DNA of 64,000 nucleotides from Opitutus sp. GAS368. GTDB taxonomy: Bacteria; Verrucomicrobiota; Verrucomicrobiia; Opitutales; Opitutaceae. Shown piece by piece: positions 1-10,733 of this stretch. Location of the stretch: the NCBI GenBank assembly GCA_945861645.1, contig CAMAVZ010000001.1, positions 77,606 through 141,605 on the forward strand, in the 5' to 3' direction. The notes beneath the pieces were generated by a model. The model ran no database searches and was not told the origin of the DNA. It worked only from the letters and a program-made list of their open reading frames with translations. Made by a program: the position numbers and the translations under genes. The number at the start of each line of letters is the position of its first letter. The stretch's first letter is position 1.

Positions 1-428
1 TTATTAGACGAATCGAGCACCTGCAATTCATAGAGCCCCATGAAAAATACTCCGCTGTTGCCGCGGCCTTGACTCGAACCGACGACTTGGGCCGGAGTGC
101 GAAATTCGAGATGCAGCTGGACGTCGCCGAAAGATTGTTTCGTCTGTTGATCATATGTGGGCGCAGGCGCGGGCTTAGTCGCCACCACCATTGCGCCAGC
201 TTCAATCTGCCAAAGGTGGCCGTTGGCCTTGACTGGCTTCCAGGCCGCGAGCGAGGTGCCGTCGAATAATACGAAGGCGTCGGAGGGAACAAGGCCCGCG
301 GTTGCCGTGACTACCGCTGGTACGGGCTGCCAATATTCCGTCACTTCAGGGGGCGGGAGATTTTCGGCATAGGTCAATCCAGTTAGGCCCGATAATAAAA
401 ATAGGGCAGCGGAGGTGGGGCGCGTCAT
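1..428 (-). CDS. DUF1080 / 3-keto-disaccharide hydrolase family secreted protein (5' part, runs off the window; absent from the ORF track)
   Basis: Manual translation from the ATG at 428: MTRPTSAALFLLSGLTGLTYA (signal-like), then PSDAFVLFDGTSLAAW, FGDVQLHLEF and QGRGNSGVFFMGLYELQVLDS, which are typical DUF1080 motifs. Confidence 0.85.
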   Translation of the reverse strand, partial: MTRPTSAALFLLSGLTGLTYAENLPPPEVTEYWQPVPAVVTATAGLVPSDAFVLFDGTSLAAWKPVKANGHLWQIEAGAMVVATKPAPAPTYDQQTKQSFGDVQLHLEFRTPAQVVGSSQGRGNSGVFFMGLYELQVLDSSN

Positions 429-512
429 GGGGAAAAATTTGTGCAAGCGCGGCTAGGAGGCAAGAGCAGGAATCGCCGCCACGGCGAGAGCGCGTGCATC
501 GATCAGGCTGAC

Positions 513-1631
513 TTAGGCAAACACGCCGCCGCCGAGTAGTTGCTCGCCACGGTAGAGCGCCATGATTTGGCCGGAGGCAAGGGCGCGTTGCGGTTGGGTA
601 AAAGTTATGCGGGCCGATCTGGTTGTTGGCGGCGCGGCGGAATCTCCTGATGCTAGGGTCGGATAAAAATTAATCCCGACGCGCGGGTCGCGGTAGCGCA
701 CCCGGCATTCGATGGCTTGCGGTGAGCTCGCGGCCGATGGGGTGATGGGTTCACCAATAAAGCTGAGACGGTGAATTTGGCATTCGTGGGTCCACAGGCC
801 AGGTGCAGTCGGGCTGTCGAAAGCGACAAGTAAGGCGTGATCGCTGACGCGTTTGCCGGTGACGACATAAGCTTGATCGTCCGTGTTCGAGGGAATGCGA
901 ATGCCGCGGCGTTGGCCAATCGTGTAATAGTGAAGCCCGCGATGTTCGCCGAGGATCTGCCCATCGGTGGCGCGTACAATGGGACCCGGGTGATCCGGCA
1001 CATATGCCGCGAGAAAATCAGCCATCTTGACGGCGCCGATGAAGCAGATCCCTTGGCTGTCTTTTTTGTCCGCCGTCGCGAGGTGGGCGGCGGTCGCGAT
1101 CCGTCGCAGTTCGGGCTTAGGCAGATGGCCAATCGGAAAGCGGGCGAAACGCAGTTGTGCCTGCGTCAGGAGCGCGAGAAAGTAGGATTGATCCTTATTT
1201 TTATCGAGCCCTTCTCTTAAAATATAATGATCCGGCGCGATCGCGATGCGTTGAGCATAGTGACCGGTCGCAAGAGCCGTGAAGCCTTCCGCTTCGGCGT
1301 AGGCGCGGAGGACGCCAAACTTAATGCGGCTATTGCACATCACATCAGGATTGGGGGTGAGCCCGTGCTGGTAGCCTTCGAGGAGATAATCCACGATCAG
1401 TCGACGGTAGTCGGCCATGAGATTGAGGACGCGAAATTCAAGGCCGAGTTGATCCGCTACCGCGCGGGCATCGGCGATATCCTGCATCCAGGGGCAGTGG
1501 CCGATCACGTTATCTTCATTGATCCAATTTTTCATGTACGCGCCGACCACCGTGAAGCCTTGCTGCTTCAGGAGGAGAGCGGCGACGCTGCTGTCGACGC
1601 CGCCGGACATGGCCACTAAGATACGTTCCAT
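513..1631 (-). CDS. mnmA: tRNA-specific 2-thiouridylase MnmA
   Basis: [12 protein letters not shown]-loop, [34 protein letters not shown]; likely start MERILV at 1631 (ORF extends to 1700). Confidence 0.95.
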   Translation of the reverse strand: MERILVAMSGGVDSSVAALLLKQQGFTVVGAYMKNWINEDNVIGHCPWMQDIADARAVADQLGLEFRVLNLMADYRRLIVDYLLEGYQHGLTPNPDVMCNSRIKFGVLRAYAEAEGFTALATGHYAQRIAIAPDHYILREGLDKNKDQSYFLALLTQAQLRFARFPIGHLPKPELRRIATAAHLATADKKDSQGICFIGAVKMADFLAAYVPDHPGPIVRATDGQILGEHRGLHYYTIGQRRGIRIPSNTDDQAYVVTGKRVSDHALLVAFDSPTAPGLWTHECQIHRLSFIGEPITPSAASSPQAIECRVRYRDPRVGINFYPTLASGDSAAPPTTRSARITFTQPQRALASGQIMALYRGEQLLGGGVFA

Positions 1632-1756
1632 CGGCTTAAGCAGTTCGCGGCGCAGGCTTTTTGTCAATCCACCTGCGCGCGACGATTCGAGACCCCGCAT
1701 ATTTTGCTGCGCGCAGTGATGCTTTACAGATGAGGGCGGGGGCTTAGCTTCAGAGG

Positions 1757-2719
1757 ATGCGATATTTTATCATCAGCCTGTGCCTTGCGGTGATCACGAT
1801 GCGGGCAGAAACCTTAACGCCTACGGCGGCTCCGCCTTTAGTTATTCCTGCGCGAACAGCGGCGCGGCCGGTCCGACCTTATCCCGACGTCGATCACGTA
1901 GTCATCATCAGTATCGATGGACTGCGGCCGGATCGACTTTTGTTGGCCAACACGCCGACCCTGCGCGGTCTCATCGCGCGCGGCGCCTATACTTTTTGGG
2001 CCAAAACCACCGCCTTGGGCACTACCTTGCCCTCGCATACCAGCATGCTGACGGCGGTGAAGCCGCGTAAGCACGGCATTTTATGGAATACAGATTTACC
2101 GCTGAAGGCAGCGATATACCCCAATTATCCGACGCTGTTTGAGCTGGCGCGTCGTGCGGGTTACACGACCGCAATGGCGGCGGGGAAAACTAAATTTAAT
2201 GGTATCAACAAGCCCGGCACGATCCAACATGTTGATGTATCCAGTAAAGACGAGGTCGAGGATGAATCCGTCACCGTCGCGGCGGAAAGCATGATCGCCG
2301 CGCATCAGCCGGAAGTTTTATTTATACATTTGCCCGCGGTGGACTACGCGGGCCACAAATATGGTTGGGCTTCGGTCGAGCAATTGGCCACCATCGAAAA
2401 GGTGGATGGCCAGGTGCAGCGGATCTTTACCGCGCTGGCGCGGGCGGGTTTGACGGAGCGCACGGTGGTGATGCTGACGTCCGACCATGGCGGGGCGGGT
2501 AAGACGCACGGGCAGGAGGATGATCCGCGGAGTCGGCATATTCCTTGGATTATGGTAGGGCCGCACATCCAGCCGGGTGACCTCACCCGTGAGGCTGATT
2601 TGGTGGTTAATACGGAAGACACCGGTGCGACGGCCTGTTATTTATTAGGTTTATCCCAGCTGCCGTATTTCGACGGTCGACCGGTGTTAGCGGCCTTGAT
2701 CAATCCCCCCGCGCCTTGA
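1757..2719 (+). CDS. Secreted alkaline phosphatase superfamily protein (nucleotide pyrophosphatase/phosphodiesterase type)
   Basis: Signal peptide; ISIDGLR, TTLPSH (Thr nucleophile), DYAGH and TSDHGG metal ligands. Confidence 0.85.
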   Translation: MRYFIISLCLAVITMRAETLTPTAAPPLVIPARTAARPVRPYPDVDHVVIISIDGLRPDRLLLANTPTLRGLIARGAYTFWAKTTALGTTLPSHTSMLTAVKPRKHGILWNTDLPLKAAIYPNYPTLFELARRAGYTTAMAAGKTKFNGINKPGTIQHVDVSSKDEVEDESVTVAAESMIAAHQPEVLFIHLPAVDYAGHKYGWASVEQLATIEKVDGQVQRIFTALARAGLTERTVVMLTSDHGGAGKTHGQEDDPRSRHIPWIMVGPHIQPGDLTREADLVVNTEDTGATACYLLGLSQLPYFDGRPVLAALINPPAP

Positions 2720-5190
2720 TGAAGCTTGATTTGTCGTCGGTGGATTATCCGCATCGCATCGTCCGCGCTTGGTTGAATTCTACTTCCTCGGGCGTGATTG
2801 CGCTTGATGCCGATTGGCAAGGCGATGCGCTCCCGCTGTTGGCGCCGGGGGAGCCGGCTTTTGCGTTTGCGAATTTGGGGCCAGCGGCGGCGTCACTCTA
2901 TGCCGAAGAGGCGGCGTACTATGTGGATGAGGCGGGGCAATTAGTTTTCGTGCTCGATCCGGCTGATTACAGCTGGATCGATTTTAAAACGATGCCGGTT
3001 TATGTGGCGGGTAGTTTTAATGGCTGGGCCGCCGCGATTGGTCAGCCCGAGTGGCGTTTGCAACTGAGCGGGTTAAATGGTCGGCCCGTTTGGCTGGGGC
3101 GGACCCGCGCTGCGCCCTTGCTCACCGCGCCGCCGCAACAATTTAAATTTATTACCGCGGAAGGGCGTTGGTTAGAGTTGCCGCGTGAGGCGAGCAATGG
3201 AGTTAGTGCGGGTCAGGGATATTTAAATCGGGCAATTTTTCCTCACCGCACGGGGCGCAATTTATTTCAATTTACGACCATTGAGCCGCTGCTACTGACG
3301 CAGACTTATTCCGTTATTCAGGTGCGCGATGGCCGGCACGCGCCGAAGACTCGGCTGCGCTTGGGGAAGTTCTTCCATGAGCTGAGCAGTCCGCTACCGA
3401 TGGGCGCGCAGGTGCATCAAGCCGAGACGACGTTTCGGCTCTTTGCGCCCCGGGCTAAGTATGTGCGGCTTTTCCTTTGTGAAAAACTAACGGAGCAGGA
3501 GCACGCTTTTGGCTATGAATTAGACCGACGGGATGAGGCCGGCCGTTGGTCCGGAGTGTGGGAAGCGCATCTCGATCGAAATCTGCATGGCTGGTATTAC
3601 TGGTATTCGATCAATGGGCCCCATGATTTTTTTGGTCATTTTCAGCCCAGTCACAAAGTGCTCGATCCCTACGCGCAGGCGGCAGTGGGGCCCGCCGGTC
3701 CGGGGGTAGTGCTCGATCCCGCTTGGGTGGGGCGCGGGGACCGATCGTGGGCTACGCCGCCTTGGCAGGATTTGGTGATCGCCGAGGCGCACGTGCGTGA
3801 TCTCGTCGCGCACGCGCCACTCCCGCTGGCGGCGAACGCGCGCTTAGGCTTTGCCGGTCTGACGCAGTGGGTGAATCACCCTGATTTTTATTTAAAAAAA
3901 TTGGGCGTGAACGCGGTCGAGTTGCAGCCCATTCATGAGCATGATGCGCGGCACTCGGCCGACTATCATTGGGGTTACATGACTACGAATTTTTTTGCGC
4001 CGGCGAGCGGCTATGGTTTGGTGCCGGGAAGCATTCAGGTCGTCAAAGAATTCCAAGCCCTCGTGGCCGCTTTTCATCGCCAAGGGATCGCGGTGATTAT
4101 CGATGTGGTTTATAATCATGTGGGGGAGCCGCCCCACCTGCAGTTAATCGATAAGCTTTATTATTTTGAACTCGATGATCAGGGGCAACTCACCAACAGC
4201 AGTGGCTGTGGCAATGATGTCCGCTGTCGCTCGGCGATGGCCACCCGGCTGATCAGCGACAGCCTCATTCATTTAATCGAAGTGTACGGCGTCGATGGCT
4301 TCCGTTTTGATTTGGCGGAGTTAATCGGGGTGGATGTGTTGCGCACGGTCGAGGCCGCGGTTAAAAAAGTGAAAGCCGATGTTATTCTCATCGCCGAGCC
4401 CTGGAGTTTCCGCGGACACAGCGCGGCCGCTTTGCGTTCCACGGGCTATACCTCATGGAATGACGGCTATCGGGATTTCTTGCGGGCCTATGTGCACGGC
4501 CGGGGCACGGCGGAGAAAATGGAGTATTTTTTGAAGGGCTCGCCGTGGCATTTTGCTTACTGGCCAGCCCAGACCGTAAATTACACGGAGTCGCACGACG
4601 ATCGGACGTGGGTTGATATGATTACGGAGCGCGGCGATCATAATGGCTTCGATCCCACGCCCGCTGATCGGCAACGCACGCACTTGATGGCGGCGATTCT
4701 CTTGGCCTCGATCGGAATTCCCTTGCTGGCAGCCGGCCAGGATTTTTTGCGGTCAAAATATGGCGTAACTAATACCTATCAGCGCGGAGATCTGAATGCG
4801 CTCGATTACCAGCGGTGCACTCGTTTCGCCGCGACGCAGCAGTATTTCGCCGACTGGATTGCTTTTCGGCGTTCGCCCCGCGGACACCTGTTGCGCCAGT
4901 GGTCGCGGCCGAGCGAAGGATTTTTTCAATGCATCGCTCAGCTCGATGGCCCCGCGCTGATGGCCATTTATAATGCGGATGGGAGTCAGGGACCGGAGCG
5001 GATATTATTAGCGCTCAACCCGCATAGGGCGGCCGCTACGATTGCGTTGGGAAAATTTGCCGACTGGAACTGGCGGCCGATCGCTGACCAGGAGAGCTTT
5101 TATGTGGCAGGGCAGGGTCAATTGATGTCGATTTCGGTCGACCTCTGTATACCGGCGCTCGGTTGTAGTTTGTGGGTAACGGAGCGGTAA
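2719..5190 (+). CDS. GH13 pullulanase/glycogen-debranching enzyme with CBM48-like domains
   Basis: WGYMTTNFFAP, DVVYNH, DGFRFDLA (nucleophile), IAEPW (acid/base), ESHDD; the ATG overlaps the upstream TGA (TGATG). Confidence 0.85.
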   Translation: MKLDLSSVDYPHRIVRAWLNSTSSGVIALDADWQGDALPLLAPGEPAFAFANLGPAAASLYAEEAAYYVDEAGQLVFVLDPADYSWIDFKTMPVYVAGSFNGWAAAIGQPEWRLQLSGLNGRPVWLGRTRAAPLLTAPPQQFKFITAEGRWLELPREASNGVSAGQGYLNRAIFPHRTGRNLFQFTTIEPLLLTQTYSVIQVRDGRHAPKTRLRLGKFFHELSSPLPMGAQVHQAETTFRLFAPRAKYVRLFLCEKLTEQEHAFGYELDRRDEAGRWSGVWEAHLDRNLHGWYYWYSINGPHDFFGHFQPSHKVLDPYAQAAVGPAGPGVVLDPAWVGRGDRSWATPPWQDLVIAEAHVRDLVAHAPLPLAANARLGFAGLTQWVNHPDFYLKKLGVNAVELQPIHEHDARHSADYHWGYMTTNFFAPASGYGLVPGSIQVVKEFQALVAAFHRQGIAVIIDVVYNHVGEPPHLQLIDKLYYFELDDQGQLTNSSGCGNDVRCRSAMATRLISDSLIHLIEVYGVDGFRFDLAELIGVDVLRTVEAAVKKVKADVILIAEPWSFRGHSAAALRSTGYTSWNDGYRDFLRAYVHGRGTAEKMEYFLKGSPWHFAYWPAQTVNYTESHDDRTWVDMITERGDHNGFDPTPADRQRTHLMAAILLASIGIPLLAAGQDFLRSKYGVTNTYQRGDLNALDYQRCTRFAATQQYFADWIAFRRSPRGHLLRQWSRPSEGFFQCIAQLDGPALMAIYNADGSQGPERILLALNPHRAAATIALGKFADWNWRPIADQESFYVAGQGQLMSISVDLCIPALGCSLWVTER

Positions 5191-5315
5191 CCGGCACGGG
5201 GGGATGGCTGATTTTTAGGCGGGCCCAGTCGCCTCTCAATATGGCACGCATCTCGCTTGCCAAGCTAGTCGGCCTCCTTTTCATAGCGGCCTCTACCCAT
5301 ATTTCTGTCGGCTAG

Positions 5316-6389
<1,074 letters not shown>

Positions 6390-6421
6390 TCCCCCGCGCG
6401 GCTCTCCCCGCTATTATTTCG

Positions 6422-6461
6422 AGCGAGTAGCGAGTAATGCCTAGCTCCTACTCGCTTTTTT
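6422..6461 (+). terminator. Intrinsic terminator-like hairpin between gap and pgk
   Basis: AGCGAGTAG...CTACTCGCT stem followed by a T run. Confidence 0.65.
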
Positions 6462-6506
6462 ATCAAGGCGCCTATTTGGTATCTTCCGCCCGATTTTCCC
6501 GTCGCC

Positions 6507-7751
6507 ATGTCGAAATTCAAATCTATCCGTGATCTCACTTTGGCTGGTCAACGCGTGCTGCTACGCGTCGATTTTAATGTGCCGCAGGACAAGGTCACCG
6601 GCGTGATCACGCATAACCAGCGGATCGTCGCTGCCTTGCCTACGATCAAATATGCGCTCGCCCAAGGCGCGGCGGTGGTGTTGATGTCGCATCTGGGTCG
6701 GCCTGACGGGCAAAAAATTGCCAAGTTTTCCCTTCGGCCGATTGCGGTTGAGCTCGAGCGGTTGCTTGGTCAGCCGGTGAAATTTTTGGATGACTGTGTG
6801 GGGCCGGCGATTGAGGCGGCTTGCGCGCGCTTAGTGCCCGGCACGGTGGTGTTATTAGAAAATTTGCGTTTCCACCTCGAAGAAGAGGGTAAGGTGAAGC
6901 TGGCGGATGGGACCACGCAGAAAGCTGAGCCGATCGCGGTGGCGGCCTTCCGCGCCTCGCTGACGAAATTGGGCGACGTATTTGTGAACGATGCTTTTGG
7001 CACCGCGCACCGCGCGCACTCGTCGATGGTCGGGGTGGGTTTGCCTGTGAAAGCGGCCGGCTTCCTGATGGAAGCTGAGCTGAAGGCTTTCGCGGCCGTC
7101 CTTGATCAGCCGCAGCGGCCGCTGCTGGCGATTCTCGGCGGAGCTAAAATTGCCGATAAAATTCCGCTGATTCAAAATCTCATTAAAAAAGCCGATGAGA
7201 TCATCATTGGTGGAGGCATGGCTTACACTTTCAAGAAAGTGACGCAGGGGATGGAAATCGGCACGAGTTTGTTCGATGCCGATGGCGCCAAGTTGGTGCC
7301 CGAGCTCGTTGCGCAGGCCGAGGCGCGCGGCGTAAAATTAATTTTCCCCGTGGACTATATTTGCGCTGATAAATTTGATCCGCAAGCCGCCACCCAGCCG
7401 GCGAGCGATGCCACGGGTATTCCGGTGGGTTGGATGGGGCTCGATGGTGGACCCCAGTCGAGTGTGCTCTATCGCGAGGCGATTTTACGGGCTAAGACCG
7501 TGATCTGGAATGGTCCCTCTGGCGTCTTTGAATTTGAGCAATTTGCTGGCTCAACCAAAGCGATGGCGGCGGCCGTGGCCGAAGCGACCGTTCGCGGGAG
7601 CATCACCGTGATTGGCGGCGGTGATACGGCGACCGCGGCGAAGAAATTTAACATCGCCGATCGCGTGACGCACTGTTCCACCGGCGGCGGCGCGAGCCTC
7701 GAATTCCTCGAAGGCCAAGTATTGCCCGGGGTGGCTTTCTTGGAAAATTAA
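6507..7751 (+). CDS. pgk: Phosphoglycerate kinase
   Basis: [40 protein letters not shown]. Confidence 0.98.
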   Translation: MSKFKSIRDLTLAGQRVLLRVDFNVPQDKVTGVITHNQRIVAALPTIKYALAQGAAVVLMSHLGRPDGQKIAKFSLRPIAVELERLLGQPVKFLDDCVGPAIEAACARLVPGTVVLLENLRFHLEEEGKVKLADGTTQKAEPIAVAAFRASLTKLGDVFVNDAFGTAHRAHSSMVGVGLPVKAAGFLMEAELKAFAAVLDQPQRPLLAILGGAKIADKIPLIQNLIKKADEIIIGGGMAYTFKKVTQGMEIGTSLFDADGAKLVPELVAQAEARGVKLIFPVDYICADKFDPQAATQPASDATGIPVGWMGLDGGPQSSVLYREAILRAKTVIWNGPSGVFEFEQFAGSTKAMAAAVAEATVRGSITVIGGGDTATAAKKFNIADRVTHCSTGGGASLEFLEGQVLPGVAFLEN

Positions 7752-7811
7752 ATTGTAGGAATCAATTTATCCCTGACTGTTAAGGACCGATTAATTTAAA
7801 ACTATTTTTAC

Positions 7812-8576
7812 ATGCATCGCAAAAAACTGATCGCGGGAAATTGGAAGATGAACAAGGCAGCGACTGATGGGGTCGCGTTGACCCGTGAGTTGATCGCGGC
7901 GCTCGGCCGTGAAACCGCCGTCGAGGTCGTGCTGTGTCCACCCTTTACCGCCTTGGAAAGTGTGGGTCGGGCGCTTGAGGGGCATGCGCTTAAGCTCGGG
8001 GCGCAAAATATGCATGCGGAGAAGAGTGGCGCTTTTACCGGAGAAATTTCGGCGGAGATGCTGCGGGGTCTTTTTGTGACCTATGTGATTCTCGGCCATA
8101 GTGAGCGCCGCTCTTACAATGCGGAGACTGATGCCAGTATTAATCAGAAAGTTTTGGCGGCGTTGGCCCATCAATTGAAACCTATTTTGTGTGTCGGGGA
8201 GACGCTGGCTGAGCGCGAATCCGGGGCTACCCTGGCCGTCGTGCAACGGCACGTTGAGCGCGGGTTACAGGGCGTGGCGCCGGAGCAAATGGGTGCCTGC
8301 ATTATTGCCTACGAACCAGTCTGGGCGATCGGCACGGGCCAAGTGGCCACCACGGCCCAGGCGCAAGAAGTGCACGCTTTCATTCGCGAGCTGCTAACCA
8401 AGCTTTATGGCGCACCGCTGGCACAGAAGGTCCGCATTCTTTACGGTGGTTCGATGAAGCCCGCCAATGCGCCTGAATTATTGGCCGCGCCGGATATTGA
8501 TGGCGGCCTAATTGGCGGGGCCGCCTTGGAGGCTAAATTATTTATCGAGCTCGTGCGGGCGGCGGCGGCCCGTTGA
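7812..8576 (+). CDS. tpiA: Triosephosphate isomerase
   Basis: AGNWKMN, GHSERR, AYEPVWAIGTG, YGGS. Confidence 0.98.
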   Translation: MHRKKLIAGNWKMNKAATDGVALTRELIAALGRETAVEVVLCPPFTALESVGRALEGHALKLGAQNMHAEKSGAFTGEISAEMLRGLFVTYVILGHSERRSYNAETDASINQKVLAALAHQLKPILCVGETLAERESGATLAVVQRHVERGLQGVAPEQMGACIIAYEPVWAIGTGQVATTAQAQEVHAFIRELLTKLYGAPLAQKVRILYGGSMKPANAPELLAAPDIDGGLIGGAALEAKLFIELVRAAAAR

Positions 8577-8593
8577 GGCCCCGCTCCTCGGGC

Positions 8594-9475
8594 TCAATGC
8601 GAGCGTGTGCCCAAGTGGGTGGCGAGGGCGGCGAGAAAAGTGGTATCCCCTGCTAATTGACTGAGGGCGGCCAGCGCCGCCTTGGTTTGGCGAGCGGCGT
8701 GCTTGGCTGAGGCTTCTAACCCGTGGATTTTTACGTAGGTTGTTTTGTCCGCCTGCGCATCTTTGCCCGCAGTTTTACCGAGCGTTGCCGTGTCGGCGGT
8801 CGCGTCGAGCATGTCGTCGGTGATTTGAAAAGCCAAGCCGAGGTGTCGGCCGATGATCCGCAAGCGAGCGAGTTGCTGATCGTCCGCACCGCCGCACCGC
8901 CCGCCCACCACCAGCGCCGCGCTGAGCATCGCGCCGGTCTTGCGGTGATGAATGTATTCTAAGTCAGCGGCCGTCACCTTGGCTTTTTTTTCCGCTAGGA
9001 GATCTTCCATTTGGCCACCAATAAGTTGCTCGCTTCCGGCGGCATCGCCGATTTCGCGCGTCAGGGCGGCGCAGAGAGTTGGGGTGGTGGCGTAGTGGCG
9101 GGGGAGAAGTTGAAAGGCCAAGGTGAGCAGTGCATCGCCGGCGAGAAGGGCGGTGGCTTCGTCGAATTGCTTATGGGCGGTGGGGTGGCCGCGCCGGAGG
9201 TCATCATTATCCATGCACGGCAAGTCATCGTGGATCAGCGAATACGTATGGAGGCATTCGAGTGCGATGGCCGCGGGGAGGGCATCGACCGCCGCGCCGC
9301 ATGCGTCGGCGGCGGCCAAAACTAAAACGGGGCGGAGTCGTTTGCCGCCGGCCTGCAAGCTGTAGCGCATCGCCGTATGGAGGCGACTGGGCCGCGTGGT
9401 CGCCGTCGGGACTAAGCAATCGAGACCTTGCTCAATGCGTTCACGATAGTGCTTAAGTTGGCCGTGAAAATCCAT
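8594..9475 (-). CDS. ispA: Polyprenyl (farnesyl/geranylgeranyl) diphosphate synthase
   Basis: GGKRLRP, HDDLPCMDNDDLRRG, FQITDDMLD, GKTAGKD. Confidence 0.9.
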   Translation of the reverse strand: MDFHGQLKHYRERIEQGLDCLVPTATTRPSRLHTAMRYSLQAGGKRLRPVLVLAAADACGAAVDALPAAIALECLHTYSLIHDDLPCMDNDDLRRGHPTAHKQFDEATALLAGDALLTLAFQLLPRHYATTPTLCAALTREIGDAAGSEQLIGGQMEDLLAEKKAKVTAADLEYIHHRKTGAMLSAALVVGGRCGGADDQQLARLRIIGRHLGLAFQITDDMLDATADTATLGKTAGKDAQADKTTYVKIHGLEASAKHAARQTKAALAALSQLAGDTTFLAALATHLGTRSH

Positions 9476-9609
9476 CGGGCGGTCAGAATTTATCCCTGCA
9501 GGGAAGTTGGCAAACGGATTCCACCGCGCTCACCAATGCCGCTGCCCTAGGCCCAAGAAAGGCTCGCCAAGCGCGCGGCGCCTAATCATACCCATGGTCA
9601 ATTTTTCGG

Positions 9610-9873
9610 ATGCCCACCTACGAATACATTTGTTCTAAATGCGGCCATGAAATGGAGGCGTTTCAGTCGATGAACGACCAACCGCTCAAGCTTTGTCCAG
9701 CGTGCAAGCGCCGCGTCCTCAAGCGCCAGATCGGCGGCGGTGCGGGCCTGATTTTTAAAGGCACGGGCTTTTACACTACTGATTATAAGAAAAAATCTGG
9801 CGATAAAAGCGAGAGTACCTCAGCCGCGCCAGCTACCACCAGTCAACCGGCGGCTTCGGTCGCGAAAAAATAA
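9610..9873 (+). CDS. FmdB-family zinc-ribbon protein
   Basis: MPTYEYICSKC...CPAC...FKGTGFYTTDY. Confidence 0.9.
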   Translation: MPTYEYICSKCGHEMEAFQSMNDQPLKLCPACKRRVLKRQIGGGAGLIFKGTGFYTTDYKKKSGDKSESTSAAPATTSQPAASVAKK

Positions 9874-9887
9874 CCTCCCTACTACCT

Positions 9888-10706
9888 ATGAGCTTTAATA
9901 AAATTGATGGAGCACTGTATGGTCCGAGCACCCTCGAGGTCGCTCTCGGTGCGGCCTTAGGTCTTGCACTGGGTGCGGTGGTGGCGGCGACTTATTTAGT
10001 GCTCAAGCCGGTGATCGTAGTAACCCAAATGCCCAAGGAGATGTCTCTGACTTCCGTTTATTATCAACCGGGTTCGGCGAACAAAGCCAAGAGCACGGAT
10101 TGGCCGGCGAAGCAAAATCAATTTATTGCTGGAACGACGGTGCAAGTGACGGAAGATGAATTAAACGCTTGGTCCTTGGCTGGGGGTACGCCGCCGCGGA
10201 ACGCGATGGCGAGGTCGATTATCGCACCATCGATAAAATTAGCTGAGAAATCAAAATTTGCTGAGGTACCCGATAAAACTAAGCCTAGCGCGAAGGCTAA
10301 ACCAGTGGAGGCGGGCCAAGCTTCAGGGGGACCCCAGCCGGCTACGGCGACCAAGATGGAGTTGCCGGTTACTGATACCTTCCTGACCACAAAGGTTTCA
10401 AATTTTCGTATCGTGGGTGATGCGCTCCAGATTGGCTGGCATTGTACTTTGAATGTATTTGGCCTCACGCGCGAGGTTGCCCTGGTGGCGACGGGGCATT
10501 TTGAGACCTCGGGGGCTCAAGTGAGCTTCGTTCCGGACAAAGTCTTTTTAGGTTCCTGCCCGCTGCATTGGCTGCCCATGGCCTCCAGCCAATTGCTGGC
10601 TTACGTTTTCAAAAATCAAAAGACGCCCGATAATATTCGCCTTGCCTGGGCTAAGTGCACCGCGGTGCAGGTTGTCGATGGTGGATTAAGGTTGATCTTG
10701 CCTTAA
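9888..10706 (+). CDS. Hypothetical membrane-anchored protein
   Basis: 272-aa ORF in operon context; one N-terminal hydrophobic segment and a K/P/A-rich linker. Confidence 0.7.
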   Translation: MSFNKIDGALYGPSTLEVALGAALGLALGAVVAATYLVLKPVIVVTQMPKEMSLTSVYYQPGSANKAKSTDWPAKQNQFIAGTTVQVTEDELNAWSLAGGTPPRNAMARSIIAPSIKLAEKSKFAEVPDKTKPSAKAKPVEAGQASGGPQPATATKMELPVTDTFLTTKVSNFRIVGDALQIGWHCTLNVFGLTREVALVATGHFETSGAQVSFVPDKVFLGSCPLHWLPMASSQLLAYVFKNQKTPDNIRLAWAKCTAVQVVDGGLRLILP

Positions 10707-10733
10707 GGCTTCGCGCGTTTTTTTGCCCGCGCT

